This document shows, piece by piece, positions 55,196 through 64,000 of a stretch of DNA of 64,000 nt; within the stretch, counting starts at the first letter, position 1; each line of letters opens with the position of its first letter. The position numbers were made by a program, and so were the translations under genes. Below the pieces are notes generated by a model. It did no database searches, was not told where the DNA came from, and worked only from the letters and a program-made list of their open reading frames with translations. The stretch lies in the sequence record OQ363659.1. The stretch is one strand, 5' to 3'.

Positions 55196-56539
55196 AGTGA
55201 TCCGTTTGTGCATGTCCCATTCCACAGTACGCAGAACAGTAGCGTGCATCTTTGCCAAGAATAGCGAAAGGAATCGACCACCCACACCAGCAGCTGCCGC
55301 AGGAATACCGTTTGGGTTTTCCGCCAGAGCCGAGCCAGCACATACCGCACAGATGTTCTTACCTTTACCGAGAATCCCTTTGTCCACGTCACGACCTGTT
55401 TTACAAGTCATTGGTCCACGGATGTCGATAGTCTTGTTAACCATCGTAGCCAGGATCTCAGGTGTCAGGACTGTAGTCTTACCGTCACGAACCATGCCGT
55501 AACCTACCAGGCTATTAACCAGATAAGGCTCAACCACAGTAGGAACACCGATGTGTGTACCGCAGTCGTGTTCTACGATTCGAGCAGTACCAACCATCCG
55601 GTAAATCGTTTTAGTCGATTCACCACCGAGTGCTGTCTGCTTACCGCGGTTATAAGAACCAGCTCGCAGGGAGTTAAACATGACTGGCAACTTGTCCATG
55701 TCAATGCCTTCTTCCAGCGACTTAGCAATCAGCTCAACCTTAGTACCGTCAGAGAACGCAGACTCACCACCGAACATGTAGTGAACTTTCTTACGCGCAC
55801 CTTCAAGCTTCTTCTTCGACTTGTAGAACTCTTCGGATTCATCGCCTGCTAGATAAGCGTCGTCTACTTTCTTCAACAGAGTAGACAGCTCAGCAACAGC
55901 AGCCGGGTCAGTCAGTCGATGCTGGTTATCAGCAATCCACTTTTCCCGTACAGCGTTACGTTCAGGCGAAGCAGTCAACGACTTCTTGGTCGTAGCTGTA
56001 ACCACACCATCAGAGTAAGCTGGTAGCGTCAGAATGTGTTCAGCGAACATCAGATACTGACGAACGTAAAGCTTACCACCTGGAGCTTTCAGATACGGAT
56101 CATCGTTGTCTTCAGGGTCATCGATCATTCGAGCCAGGATATCTTTCTCGAGTTTACCGAGATTGAACAATCCAGTTTGGAATTCGAAGATGTCACCGAA
56201 TGGCAATACCAGACACAGGTGGTTAACGAATACGTTCCCGTAAGTCGTTTCGAGTGGGCCTGTCCCTTTGTAGTTATCGATATCCCCTGGACCGATCGTG
56301 ATCGCATCACGGAAGTGCAGCAACGCTACATCTTCTTTATATTCTTCGATGTACTCTTTCTGATCACCAGACCCTGGGACAAAGAAGAACAAACCTTGCT
56401 CGTCTTTATACAACCGGTAGTCGTAGTGTTGATCGAACTCGTTGATGTTGTAAACGATAGAGAACAAACAGTTCATCCACTGTCGTTTCTTATGCAAGCC
56501 TTGCGATAGGCCTTTTAAAAAGTAATCACGAATCTTCAT
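55193..56539 (-). CDS. rpoC: virion RNA polymerase beta-prime fragment (phiKZ gp80-like)
   Basis: GSYNRGKQTALGGESTKTIYR...EHDCGT aligns by eye with the beta-prime bridge helix G.RKG..DTA..SGY..RR..EDDCGT; Cys cluster. Confidence 0.9.
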   Translation of the reverse strand: MKIRDYFLKGLSQGLHKKRQWMNCLFSIVYNINEFDQHYDYRLYKDEQGLFFFVPGSGDQKEYIEEYKEDVALLHFRDAITIGPGDIDNYKGTGPLETTYGNVFVNHLCLVLPFGDIFEFQTGLFNLGKLEKDILARMIDDPEDNDDPYLKAPGGKLYVRQYLMFAEHILTLPAYSDGVVTATTKKSLTASPERNAVREKWIADNQHRLTDPAAVAELSTLLKKVDDAYLAGDESEEFYKSKKKLEGARKKVHYMFGGESAFSDGTKVELIAKSLEEGIDMDKLPVMFNSLRAGSYNRGKQTALGGESTKTIYRMVGTARIVEHDCGTHIGVPTVVEPYLVNSLVGYGMVRDGKTTVLTPEILATMVNKTIDIRGPMTCKTGRDVDKGILGKGKNICAVCAGSALAENPNGIPAAAAGVGGRFLSLFLAKMHATVLRTVEWDMHKRIT

Positions 56540-57386
56540 TGGTCGTGTACCCTTCCAAGAATGTTACCAACGGCTTAATCGTGTTAAGCATATTGGTATT
56601 GTCGATGTTGTTGTCTGTGAAGTCTCCAATCAGATCACGAATCTTGCGAGCTATCTCTTCGACAGGTGTATTAGATAGCAACAGCAATCCAAACATTTCG
56701 ATAGCAGCTACTTCGACTTCTTTCCGATCCAGTGCTTCCAACGATTGCTGGATTAATGGAGAGATCTCACGAGTACCAATACGAACACCGTTACGGGAAA
56801 GGTCCAGCAACATAGTGAATGAACCTTCACCGAATGTACGGATAAAGTCGTTCACCATCTTCACACGTTGAATAGGTGTAGGATCAGCATCTTCCAATCC
56901 ACGATAACGAACTTGTCGTTCGATTTCCTCACGCATGGTATTCAACAAACGTGGCGATACGTCATTGATCATTGGCCATACTTCATCGGCCTTCACTTGC
57001 GTGAACAGTTGACACATCTGTGCCAAGATCTCTTCAGGCATGAATCCACCTTCGAACAACAGTAACAGTTGATCGGGGATTACATACTTGTCGAAGTTAG
57101 ACAACACGTCTACGATAGATTGTCGGACTTCTTGGTCCGCTTCCATAGACACTTGTACTTCGTGTTGTTTGAATACAGTTTCATGAGCATGCCAGATGAT
57201 GTCATCAATACGGGATACGAGCATCTCGTTATCACACATGCCATCTTTCATCTCTACGACTTGATGGAGTTCATCTAATGCAGCTTGGTAGTCCAGTGAC
57301 TCTAGGGACGCTACACAGCTCAGGATGACGTCCTTACGTTCCTCTGTGATCAGAGGCGTAAGTACACTGTCTATAATGAATTGCAT
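56526..57386 (-). CDS. conserved protein, phiKZ gp79-like
   Basis: Start MQFIID at 57386; TATG at 57420-57417 upstream. Confidence 0.65.
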   Translation of the reverse strand: MQFIIDSVLTPLITEERKDVILSCVASLESLDYQAALDELHQVVEMKDGMCDNEMLVSRIDDIIWHAHETVFKQHEVQVSMEADQEVRQSIVDVLSNFDKYVIPDQLLLLFEGGFMPEEILAQMCQLFTQVKADEVWPMINDVSPRLLNTMREEIERQVRYRGLEDADPTPIQRVKMVNDFIRTFGEGSFTMLLDLSRNGVRIGTREISPLIQQSLEALDRKEVEVAAIEMFGLLLLSNTPVEEIARKIRDLIGDFTDNNIDNTNMLNTIKPLVTFLEGYTTNEDS

Positions 57387-57514
57387 TAAAAAGCCCTCTT
57401 CCTTTGATTTTAGTAACATAGTGTTGCGTTACAAGTCAAAGTTTACCTCGTAGTAAATTACTGAGGGCTTGATACTATGTTAACAATCCGCAAATTTGCA
57501 CACAAGGAAACAAC

Positions 57515-58150
57515 ATGAATCTCCCAACTCAATCGGCCATGGCCGCTACCCTGCAACTGGCTGAAACCATCTCTCAAGTACGTAGTGTTACTCGTGATGG
57601 CGATGTGGTTAACGTCAATGTCGCCAACGATGTTGACTATGCTGAACAACCAGCAACCCTGGACAATCCAATCAACAAAGAAGTCGCTCTCGAAGTCCAA
57701 TCTTTTGTGGCCCAGAAACTTCTGGATACACAAGGCTGGGCCATCCTTCGTAAGCTGTTCGAAATCACTAATGAAATGATCGACACCACCAAACTGTTCG
57801 TTCTGCCAGTAATGTCTCAGGAAGCTCTGCTCCGTGAGAAACTGGGGGAACACTTCGATGCCTTCCACAAGGACTTCGAAGCAGTTCGTGAAGATCTGGC
57901 AACCATGGCTGGCACTCTCGTAGCACTGTCCAAGCAGCACTTGGAGCGCAAAGGTGAAATCAGTGATACTGATAAGATCCTGATCGCTGAACTCGCCAAC
58001 GGTTATAGCAACCTTCAATCTCAAATGGAAACCAAAGTCGGCCCAGAGCTGATGAAACAAATGGAAATTCTGGAAGTAGCCGGTATCGGTGCAGATGTTC
58101 TGTTCGCAGCCCTGCTGCAACTCCAGGAGACTCCTGAGGAAACGCAATGA
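57515..58150 (+). CDS. conserved helical protein, phiKZ gp78-like
   Basis: AAGGA RBS; TATG at 57476-57479. Confidence 0.7.
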   Translation: MNLPTQSAMAATLQLAETISQVRSVTRDGDVVNVNVANDVDYAEQPATLDNPINKEVALEVQSFVAQKLLDTQGWAILRKLFEITNEMIDTTKLFVLPVMSQEALLREKLGEHFDAFHKDFEAVREDLATMAGTLVALSKQHLERKGEISDTDKILIAELANGYSNLQSQMETKVGPELMKQMEILEVAGIGADVLFAALLQLQETPEETQ

Positions 58151-59778
58151 GTAATGATTTTCACGATGACGACGACTACCAAGAAATCGATCCGGCACTA
58201 GCCGTTCATTTCGAACAAGTCGCACCTGCTCCGACTTATGAAGTCGCCGCTGAACCCGAATCCATCACACTGGAGGCTACCGATCCGGTAGCCCCTGCTG
58301 TGCCGCAGGAAGAAGAAGAAACCGTTGACCAAGGTGACGAGGAAACCCTCGTACCGTTCACTCCTGCACAAAAGAAAGTCAACTTCAAGATCGAACGTCC
58401 TGTTGACTCTGAACGTATTCCAGCTGCTGTAGCTATTCTGCAACTGCTGCGTGAAAACCCTGAAACCTTCGATGAAGTTCTGCGTGTACACCGCCAGTTC
58501 TTCTCTGACGTGGAAGGTGGTGAAATCGCTACCGAGCAATCTGACCTGGAGTGGTTGGAAACTCTGCGTGATGCTATCGAACACATGGACATGCATGGCA
58601 CGCCTCGTCGGGCTACTTACCGTGAAGGTTCGGAATGGCGTCAGTTCTTCGAACACAACGGTCGTAAGATCGGTCCATCCCGTCCGAAGATCAAACTGTC
58701 TGATAAACCAGCCAAGTCTGACCTGTTGGCTTACCTGACTCGTAAGTCTGGTATGGGTGCTACCCATGAATATCCAATGCCACACACCGGTATCTGGGTA
58801 CGTCTGCGTACACCAACCAATACCGAAGTAGCTAACATGATCCAACGTCTGCAAAACATCGCAGTTCGTTTGGGCCGTGCTACCAAAGGTCAAGGTTTCT
58901 CCAACCGTATCGCTGTGTATAACAATGCACTGACTGATTTGGCTCTGCAATGTATCACCCATACCAACATGGCTGCTACTACTCCAGGCGACATCGAACA
59001 TCGCCTGAGTGCACTGGACGAACCTCTGTTACATCATGCGCTGGCATCGACCATGTTCCCTGGCGGTTTCAACTATCGTCATACATGCATCGCCGATCCA
59101 TCGAAGTGCAACCACGTCGAAGAAGCTAAGCTGGACATGTTCTCGCTGACTTGGTTCGATATCACTCAGCTGGTCGATCGTCAGAAAGATCTGCTACACA
59201 TCCGCTTCAGTCGTCAACTCCGCGCAGAGGAACTCGACCTATATGCACAAGACACCACTCTGGGTCGAAAGCCTATCAAATGGTTTGATGATATTGGCGT
59301 TCGCCTGCGTGTCCCTTCAGTTGCTGAAAGACGGGATGCTGGAAACCGGTGGATTGATGGCGTAGTAGAAGCTTCCCATAGCGCATTTAACGAGGCTCCA
59401 GGTGATGCGAACCGTAATGCATACATCGACCGACTGGGTGCGATTACTGGTGCACGTCAGTACTCTCATTGGGTTGATGCCATCTACCAGCGTGAAGATG
59501 AACATTCGTCTGAAGAGCTGCTGACCGAGAACGAAGAGATCATTGATGAATACCTGTCCAACGTAATGTCGGACAAGAAGTACGCTGCTGCTTTCGAAGA
59601 AGCCGTACTGCAATTCATCGACGATACGATTTTGTGCATGGTTGCTATTCCTTCGTGGAACTGTCCTGTGTGTGAATCTCCAATGGCTGAGAAGTTCCAT
59701 GAACGTTTCGACCACTTGATTCCTCTTGACGTAGTATCGACATTTTTTACCTTGGCGGGCCAGAAAGTCAACCAGTAG
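58147..59778 (+). CDS. conserved protein, phiKZ gp77-like; candidate baseplate/tail assembly chaperone
   Basis: Acidic N-terminus; C..C and CPVC motifs; ends STFF near the C-terminus. Confidence 0.65.
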   Translation: MSNDFHDDDDYQEIDPALAVHFEQVAPAPTYEVAAEPESITLEATDPVAPAVPQEEEETVDQGDEETLVPFTPAQKKVNFKIERPVDSERIPAAVAILQLLRENPETFDEVLRVHRQFFSDVEGGEIATEQSDLEWLETLRDAIEHMDMHGTPRRATYREGSEWRQFFEHNGRKIGPSRPKIKLSDKPAKSDLLAYLTRKSGMGATHEYPMPHTGIWVRLRTPTNTEVANMIQRLQNIAVRLGRATKGQGFSNRIAVYNNALTDLALQCITHTNMAATTPGDIEHRLSALDEPLLHHALASTMFPGGFNYRHTCIADPSKCNHVEEAKLDMFSLTWFDITQLVDRQKDLLHIRFSRQLRAEELDLYAQDTTLGRKPIKWFDDIGVRLRVPSVAERRDAGNRWIDGVVEASHSAFNEAPGDANRNAYIDRLGAITGARQYSHWVDAIYQREDEHSSEELLTENEEIIDEYLSNVMSDKKYAAAFEEAVLQFIDDTILCMVAIPSWNCPVCESPMAEKFHERFDHLIPLDVVSTFFTLAGQKVNQ

Positions 59779-59801
59779 GTCACCAGAACCGTGACCCACA
59801 A

Positions 59802-60266
59802 ATGACACGCCTGTCAGTTGATCTCGCTGATCCCCAGGGGCACGTTACGAACTACTCGTTCGGTAAGCGTCGTCCTCGTGGGGGTGAGCTTGATCGGCTC
59901 TATGCCGAGATGGGTGCCGTAAGACCAACGACTGCTGAGATCATGCTGCGTGAGGCTTACCTGGATGACTATGAGATTCGTCCCGTAGATCGTCCTAAGC
60001 ATCCTTTAGATGTCGTTCGTATGTTCGACAAAGAGGATACGGTAGAAGGTGGTGCAGTACGATCACTGATGCGTAAGTACATTCGCTACAACATCAAAGA
60101 TCAATGGGGTATGAGTTACACAGAGTTCATGGAACTCCCGTATGACGAAGCCATGTTTATCTTGGAGATTGGTGAAGCGGAGATGATGCGTAAAGTCGAT
60201 GACCAGGGTCGACTCAAGCGTGACATGGAACGTGAGATCCGTGACATGCAACGTCAACCGAAGTAA
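59802..60266 (+). CDS. conserved protein, phiKZ gp76-like; chaperone-extension-like
   Basis: WGMSYTEFMELPYDE motif; no Shine-Dalgarno; its frame is open back to 59730. Confidence 0.65.
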   Translation: MTRLSVDLADPQGHVTNYSFGKRRPRGGELDRLYAEMGAVRPTTAEIMLREAYLDDYEIRPVDRPKHPLDVVRMFDKEDTVEGGAVRSLMRKYIRYNIKDQWGMSYTEFMELPYDEAMFILEIGEAEMMRKVDDQGRLKRDMEREIRDMQRQPK

Positions 60267-60279
60267 AAAAAAAATACAG

Positions 60280-60310
60280 CATAAGGCTACCCCGAAGGGT
60301 AGCCATTATG
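60280..60310. terminator. bidirectional terminator, near-copy of 2287-2316
   Basis: GGCTACCC-CGAA-GGGTAGCC with the same flanks. Confidence 0.85.
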
Positions 60311-60315
60311 TCGTC

Positions 60316-60573
60316 TCAGTACTTACCCTGCTGCAATTGGATCTCGACGATCTCATCTTGCAACCGGTCACGAATCTTGTTGATCTCGTACATGCAGATC
60401 GACATGGTTGTGATTGTGGTTAAGATGCCAACCCACAATGCAATCATGATCTTACCCCGATGCATCACGAACCACTTGTTGTCATTCTGGGACTTGTACA
60501 GCAGTGCTCCCAGTGCGACTGGAACTATGCCAAGCATCAGCACCAGGATGAGTGCACTTATGTTTAAAAGCAT
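60316..60573 (-). CDS. two-TM membrane protein
   Basis: Hydrophobic segments. Confidence 0.7.
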   Translation of the reverse strand: MLLNISALILVLMLGIVPVALGALLYKSQNDNKWFVMHRGKIMIALWVGILTTITTMSICMYEINKIRDRLQDEIVEIQLQQGKY

Positions 60574-60845
60574 TACAGGGACTCCACGAGGCTATGCATG
60601 GTAATAGAAATATAAGCAGAGCCAAAGCCCCAGATCAGCAGCATGCCTGCGATGCTACCAATCATAATCTTCAAGCCGAGCATGAAAGTTTTCTTCTCCC
60701 ATGCTCGGGCATCTTTAACTGCCTGACTGGACTCTTCAGTTACAGGATAACTGAGACACATCATCATCAGTAACATCAGTACCGAAGAGCTGATGAGCCC
60801 ACCCAAGCATATTACATACAGCGTTAACATGAGATGATAGAGCAT
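60573..60845 (-). CDS. two-TM membrane protein
   Basis: Hydrophobic segments, coupled. Confidence 0.7.
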   Translation of the reverse strand: MLYHLMLTLYVICLGGLISSSVLMLLMMMCLSYPVTEESSQAVKDARAWEKKTFMLGLKIMIGSIAGMLLIWGFGSAYISITMHSLVESL

Positions 60846-61088
60846 TTACATTATCCGATAGCACATTAAAGTGGATCGCAAGAAACACAGCGTCGGTATT
60901 GAGATGAACATTAATGTTAATCCCAACATCATACCGATGTAAGTCATTGCGATAGTTTCGTAGTAGCGACTACTGGTGTCATATACACGGACGTGCATAA
61001 TGAACATTACTAACAATGCCAGCTCAATGAGCAACAGCGTACCGCCCATACCGAAGAAGTATCTAACTACTGATAGGTGTGGTTCCAC
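60846..61088 (-). CDS. two-TM membrane protein
   Basis: GTG start with an AAGGAG RBS. Confidence 0.7.
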   Translation of the reverse strand: MEPHLSVVRYFFGMGGTLLLIELALLVMFIMHVRVYDTSSRYYETIAMTYIGMMLGLTLMFISIPTLCFLRSTLMCYRIM

Positions 61089-61305
61089 AGTTTAACTCCT
61101 TTTGCACAGGTGGCTTTTCAGGCCATTGGGTTGGTGGGAATAGTTCAGAGATTACCATCCATTGTCCTAAGCCCATTAGTATCATGGTAAGGAACATAGC
61201 TAGGAAGCCGTACTCGTTAAACTTCTTCGACATTTTACCATTCAGGTAATTCAGCATCAATATCGATGTGAAGACAACGATTACTAGACCTACAGCAATT
61301 TTCAT
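61063..61305 (-). CDS. two-TM membrane protein
   Basis: Start MKIAVG at 61305 with a TAAGGA RBS. Confidence 0.7.
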   Translation of the reverse strand: MKIAVGLVIVVFTSILMLNYLNGKMSKKFNEYGFLAMFLTMILMGLGQWMVISELFPPTQWPEKPPVQKELNCGTTPISS

Positions 61306-61313
61306 GGGTATCC

Positions 61314-61490
61314 TTAGGTAATCTTGGTGATGATCAGGAGAACACAGTAGCCAGCCAGTAATACACACAGGCCGCCACCAAACAAACGTACGGTAACACC
61401 ACATGCTGATTTAGCCGATGCAGCACTAAAGAACAGCACGAGGCCAAGACCGAACGTAATGATAATCGGAGCTAGCAATACAATCCACAT
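61314..61490 (-). CDS. 58-aa two-TM microprotein (not in ORF track)
   Basis: Hand-translated MWIVLLAPIIITFGLGLVLFF...; TAAGGA RBS; first gene after P6. Confidence 0.65.
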   Translation of the reverse strand: MWIVLLAPIIITFGLGLVLFFSAASAKSACGVTVRLFGGGLCVLLAGYCVLLIITKIT

Positions 61491-61508
61491 GATCGTATCC
61501 TTAAATGA

Positions 61509-61555
61509 GGGCTATATTCACAACTGTAATATAGCCCCCAAGAAAGTTTAAATCA
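61509..61555 (-). promoter_or_regulatory. early promoter P6
   Basis: TGATT-N17-TATATTAC; perfect 10-bp inverted repeat GGGCTATATT/AATATAGCCC. Confidence 0.85.
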
Positions 61556-61751
61556 GATCCTTGACATACAGCCAGATAAACGTCGCGGCTCCGTAGACCG
61601 AGATGAAGAACGATATCAAGGCGATACGGTGAGGCCAGGAGTTCTTCCAGCTGAAGTAGGGGATCAGGTTAGGGTAGCAACGATCGCGGTACCACACGGA
61701 TACCAGAGTGATTATAGTGGCTATCACCCAAACGGCATATGCATATTTCAT
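61548..61751 (-). CDS. two-TM membrane protein
   Basis: Hydrophobic segments; GGAGG RBS. Confidence 0.7.
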   Translation of the reverse strand: MKYAYAVWVIATIITLVSVWYRDRCYPNLIPYFSWKNSWPHRIALISFFISVYGAATFIWLYVKDLI

Positions 61752-61772
61752 TTTGCCCTCCGGCGAAATAAA

Positions 61773-61792
61773 GTAGCACCCGAAGGTGCTAC
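61773..61792 (-). terminator. rho-independent terminator
   Basis: GTAGCACC-CGAA-GGTGCTAC followed by TTTATTT. Confidence 0.75.
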
Positions 61793-63315
61793 GAGATTCT
61801 TTTCAGGACCATGTTCAAGGCTTTACCCAAGAAATGATCACCTTTGTTACGGTGGTACTTCACATGCTGCGGGATATGCTGGCAAATCAAATACGTCAGT
61901 CGAGGCGTTACGTCAGGGAACAACTTCAGCTTACGCAGCCGACCCAAGATCTGGATGTTATCCTTCTTCGAGTCTGTAGCTTGCAACAAGAATACCTCAC
62001 GCAAGTTAGGAATGTCAACACCTGTACCAGACGACTTAATCGTCGATACGGTAACGTCATTCTCCATCAAACGTGAGTAAGGTGAACCTGAGTAGTGTTC
62101 GTTGATCTGGAGATCAGGATACTTACCTTTCAAGAACTTAACGAGTTGGTCAATGAAGACCGTGGTCGCACACAGGATCAGTGCTTTCTGTTCTTGAATC
62201 CGATCGGTGATGTACTGGCCGTAAAGAATCCGGGCAACCATTTGGTTATAGGCTTCCAGACGCTTCTTGGATTTCATCATCTGCGTTTCGTAACGCGCAT
62301 GGTTATACGTGTTCTTAAACGGAGTCAGGTAATCGCGAGACGTGATTGCCGCATCACTGTACAACACACCAACCACATTGATATACGAATCGTAATCTGG
62401 TAACCGACAGCATGTCTCTGGTGGGAGCATCAAGTCGATCATCTTCGTAACGTAGTCGTTACCAGTGAATGGTGTAGCAGACAGGTAGATCTGTTTTGCA
62501 ACGTTGGTGTACATGTCTGTACGGAACAGCAACCCTGGGTCTTCTTGGATCTCATCGTTAATCTGTAGACCAATCTTCAGAGCTTCGTGGAAGCGCGGTG
62601 GTGGAGCGTTATAGCCTACAGTGTGGAGTTGATCACCCAGCCGTTCGAATGCATCTAGATACGAACGGTACGTGATGTTAGACACTAGAATGACGTCGAT
62701 CCCGTCTAAGTCATTCTGGATACCACGGTCAATCATCATCTGGAGTTCTGCTGAACCACTGACTCGGACAAACCGTAGATCAATATCTTCGTAAACGTCT
62801 TTCAATGCTTCTTCCCAAATACCGAAGTACTTAGGTGGAACCATGATGCAAGTTCTACACGACAATGCTGCTTGTGCTTCAAGACTGGTGTAGGTCTTAC
62901 CTTTACCCGTCTGTAAGTCTACTCGGGCCGAATGCAGATGTGGCCGGAGAATGTCTTCTAGAATGGTTTTCTGGTAATCCCGCATTGAGAACTTTTCTTT
63001 TACCTTGAACGTAGCCGGAGCTGCGACAGGTACAGGAATGTCAATGACCTTGATACGGTCTTCTGGTACATTGACGTTAGCTAAATGCTTCACTAACGCA
63101 CTGTACGAATTCCTGTGGATAAAGACGCTGCGGTTGTCTTCAGTTATGCCGTAGTACTTCTTCTTTGTGACCATGACCATACGGCCTTGGACTTTAGTCG
63201 GTTCCCGTAGCAACAGCGTATCCAGGAATCGCTGCATTTTATACAACGTGTCCCTGGAATAACCGGATAGGCGTACCCCGTGGGTATACCTCTCGGCTAC
63301 AATCAGTGGCTCCAT
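61789..63315 (-). CDS. SF2 (UvsW/RAD3-like) helicase, phiKZ gp75-like
   Basis: LQTGKGKT, NDEIQ, LSATP, SGTGVDIP and QILGRLR motifs. Confidence 0.9.
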   Translation of the reverse strand: MEPLIVAERYTHGVRLSGYSRDTLYKMQRFLDTLLLREPTKVQGRMVMVTKKKYYGITEDNRSVFIHRNSYSALVKHLANVNVPEDRIKVIDIPVPVAAPATFKVKEKFSMRDYQKTILEDILRPHLHSARVDLQTGKGKTYTSLEAQAALSCRTCIMVPPKYFGIWEEALKDVYEDIDLRFVRVSGSAELQMMIDRGIQNDLDGIDVILVSNITYRSYLDAFERLGDQLHTVGYNAPPPRFHEALKIGLQINDEIQEDPGLLFRTDMYTNVAKQIYLSATPFTGNDYVTKMIDLMLPPETCCRLPDYDSYINVVGVLYSDAAITSRDYLTPFKNTYNHARYETQMMKSKKRLEAYNQMVARILYGQYITDRIQEQKALILCATTVFIDQLVKFLKGKYPDLQINEHYSGSPYSRLMENDVTVSTIKSSGTGVDIPNLREVFLLQATDSKKDNIQILGRLRKLKLFPDVTPRLTYLICQHIPQHVKYHRNKGDHFLGKALNMVLKRIS

Positions 63316-63334
63316 AAAAAATTAACGAGGTGAT

Positions 63335-63354
63335 GGAGGGCCGAAGCCCTCCAC
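63335..63354 (-). terminator. hairpin terminator
   Basis: TGGAGGGC-CGAA-GCCCTCCA. Confidence 0.7.
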
Positions 63355-63370
63355 ACGCTTCGCCCTCCGC

Positions 63371-64000
63371 TTAGGCCATGCAACCCCCCATTACGGCAGT
63401 GTCGTATGGGTGGTCGTTCCTATCTGTGTACAGGAAGCTGCCTGGGTTATTGAGTGGCTCATGCTGCTTCTCGAATGCCAGCTTACCAGCGAGGCTGCGG
63501 TTATCCATCAGCTTGTTATACTTCTCAAACTGACCCACAATCCCAGGTACGGGCAGACGATAGTCTTTAGCAGACGCCGATACGATCATCATAGCGTATA
63601 CCAAGACTTCGCAATGTACTACGTTCAGCTTGATCTTTTCATTGATCAAACTTGCGAATGCAGCGAGAGCATCGACTGGATCTTTATAGTTCTTCAGATA
63701 AGTCTTGCTGGTGAAACCAACCTTATCTGACGACAGCTTCGAACCATCACCGTTGTCACCCGAATGCAGGAACGACTGTACGCGTTTCATGAACTCGTAC
63801 ATGTTCACGTGCTTATAAGGCAACGTCAGGAATGGTTGAGAGAAGTCGAAACCAGTCAGATCAACTACGATGTTATCGCGGTTGTCTGTGATCCAACCTA
63901 CGCGTTGTACGTGTCTCAGCATTTCCGTCGATAGACTGGACTTCCGGTTATACAGCGATACCGGAAGGATGTCACCGTGGTCTTCTCCATCTTCACCTGT
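63371..64000 (-). CDS. rpoC: non-virion RNAP beta-prime C-terminal fragment (phiKZ gp74-like), 5'-truncated
   Basis: Frame open to the window edge; INEKIKLNVVHCEV and RSLAGKLAFEKQ match the beta-prime C-terminal pattern; synteny. Confidence 0.8.
   Translation of the reverse strand, partial: TGEDGEDHGDILPVSLYNRKSSLSTEMLRHVQRVGWITDNRDNIVVDLTGFDFSQPFLTLPYKHVNMYEFMKRVQSFLHSGDNGDGSKLSSDKVGFTSKTYLKNYKDPVDALAAFASLINEKIKLNVVHCEVLVYAMMIVSASAKDYRLPVPGIVGQFEKYNKLMDNRSLAGKLAFEKQHEPLNNPGSFLYTDRNDHPYDTAVMGGCMA

Noticed and set aside
54357-56539. Group I intron hosting the GIY-YIG gene
   Set aside because: The gp80-like frame is continuous and ends before the nuclease-like gene, which has its own promoter and terminator
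60316-61751. Holin/spanin lysis cassette
   Set aside because: No endolysin or lipobox nearby and the promoter is early-type

Overview
This window comes from a phiKZ-like nucleus-forming jumbo phage (Chimalliviridae type). The phiKZ gene numbers used here rest on synteny, motifs and recall of the family, not on a database search. The core content is: a DnaB-like helicase; a virion gene block matching phiKZ gp101-gp84, including an expanded array of inner-head proteins with prohead-protease [S/A/G]-X-E sites; the exonuclease/motif-A half of a split family-B DNA polymerase; a virion RNAP beta-prime fragment (gp80-like); an SF2 helicase (gp75-like); and the end of a non-virion RNAP beta-prime fragment (gp74-like). 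Two minus-strand accessory islands (about 2.3-20.2 kb and 60.3-61.8 kb) hold small genes. Among them are candidate counter-defence enzymes (HD alarmone hydrolase, DarG-type macrodomain, CX5R phosphatase) and about 25 Gly/Ala-rich membrane microproteins, ten of which I read by hand because they fall below the ORF-track cutoff. The strongest unexplained signals are three. First, seven copies of a rigid TGATT-N17-TATATTAC promoter module whose TGA is the upstream gene's stop codon in six of seven copies, often with a hairpin at +1. Second, a candidate -1 frameshift joining the gp77-like and gp76-like genes. Third, a duplicated stop-to-stop terminator at the distal end of both islands. I found no tRNA, rRNA, CRISPR array or integrase.
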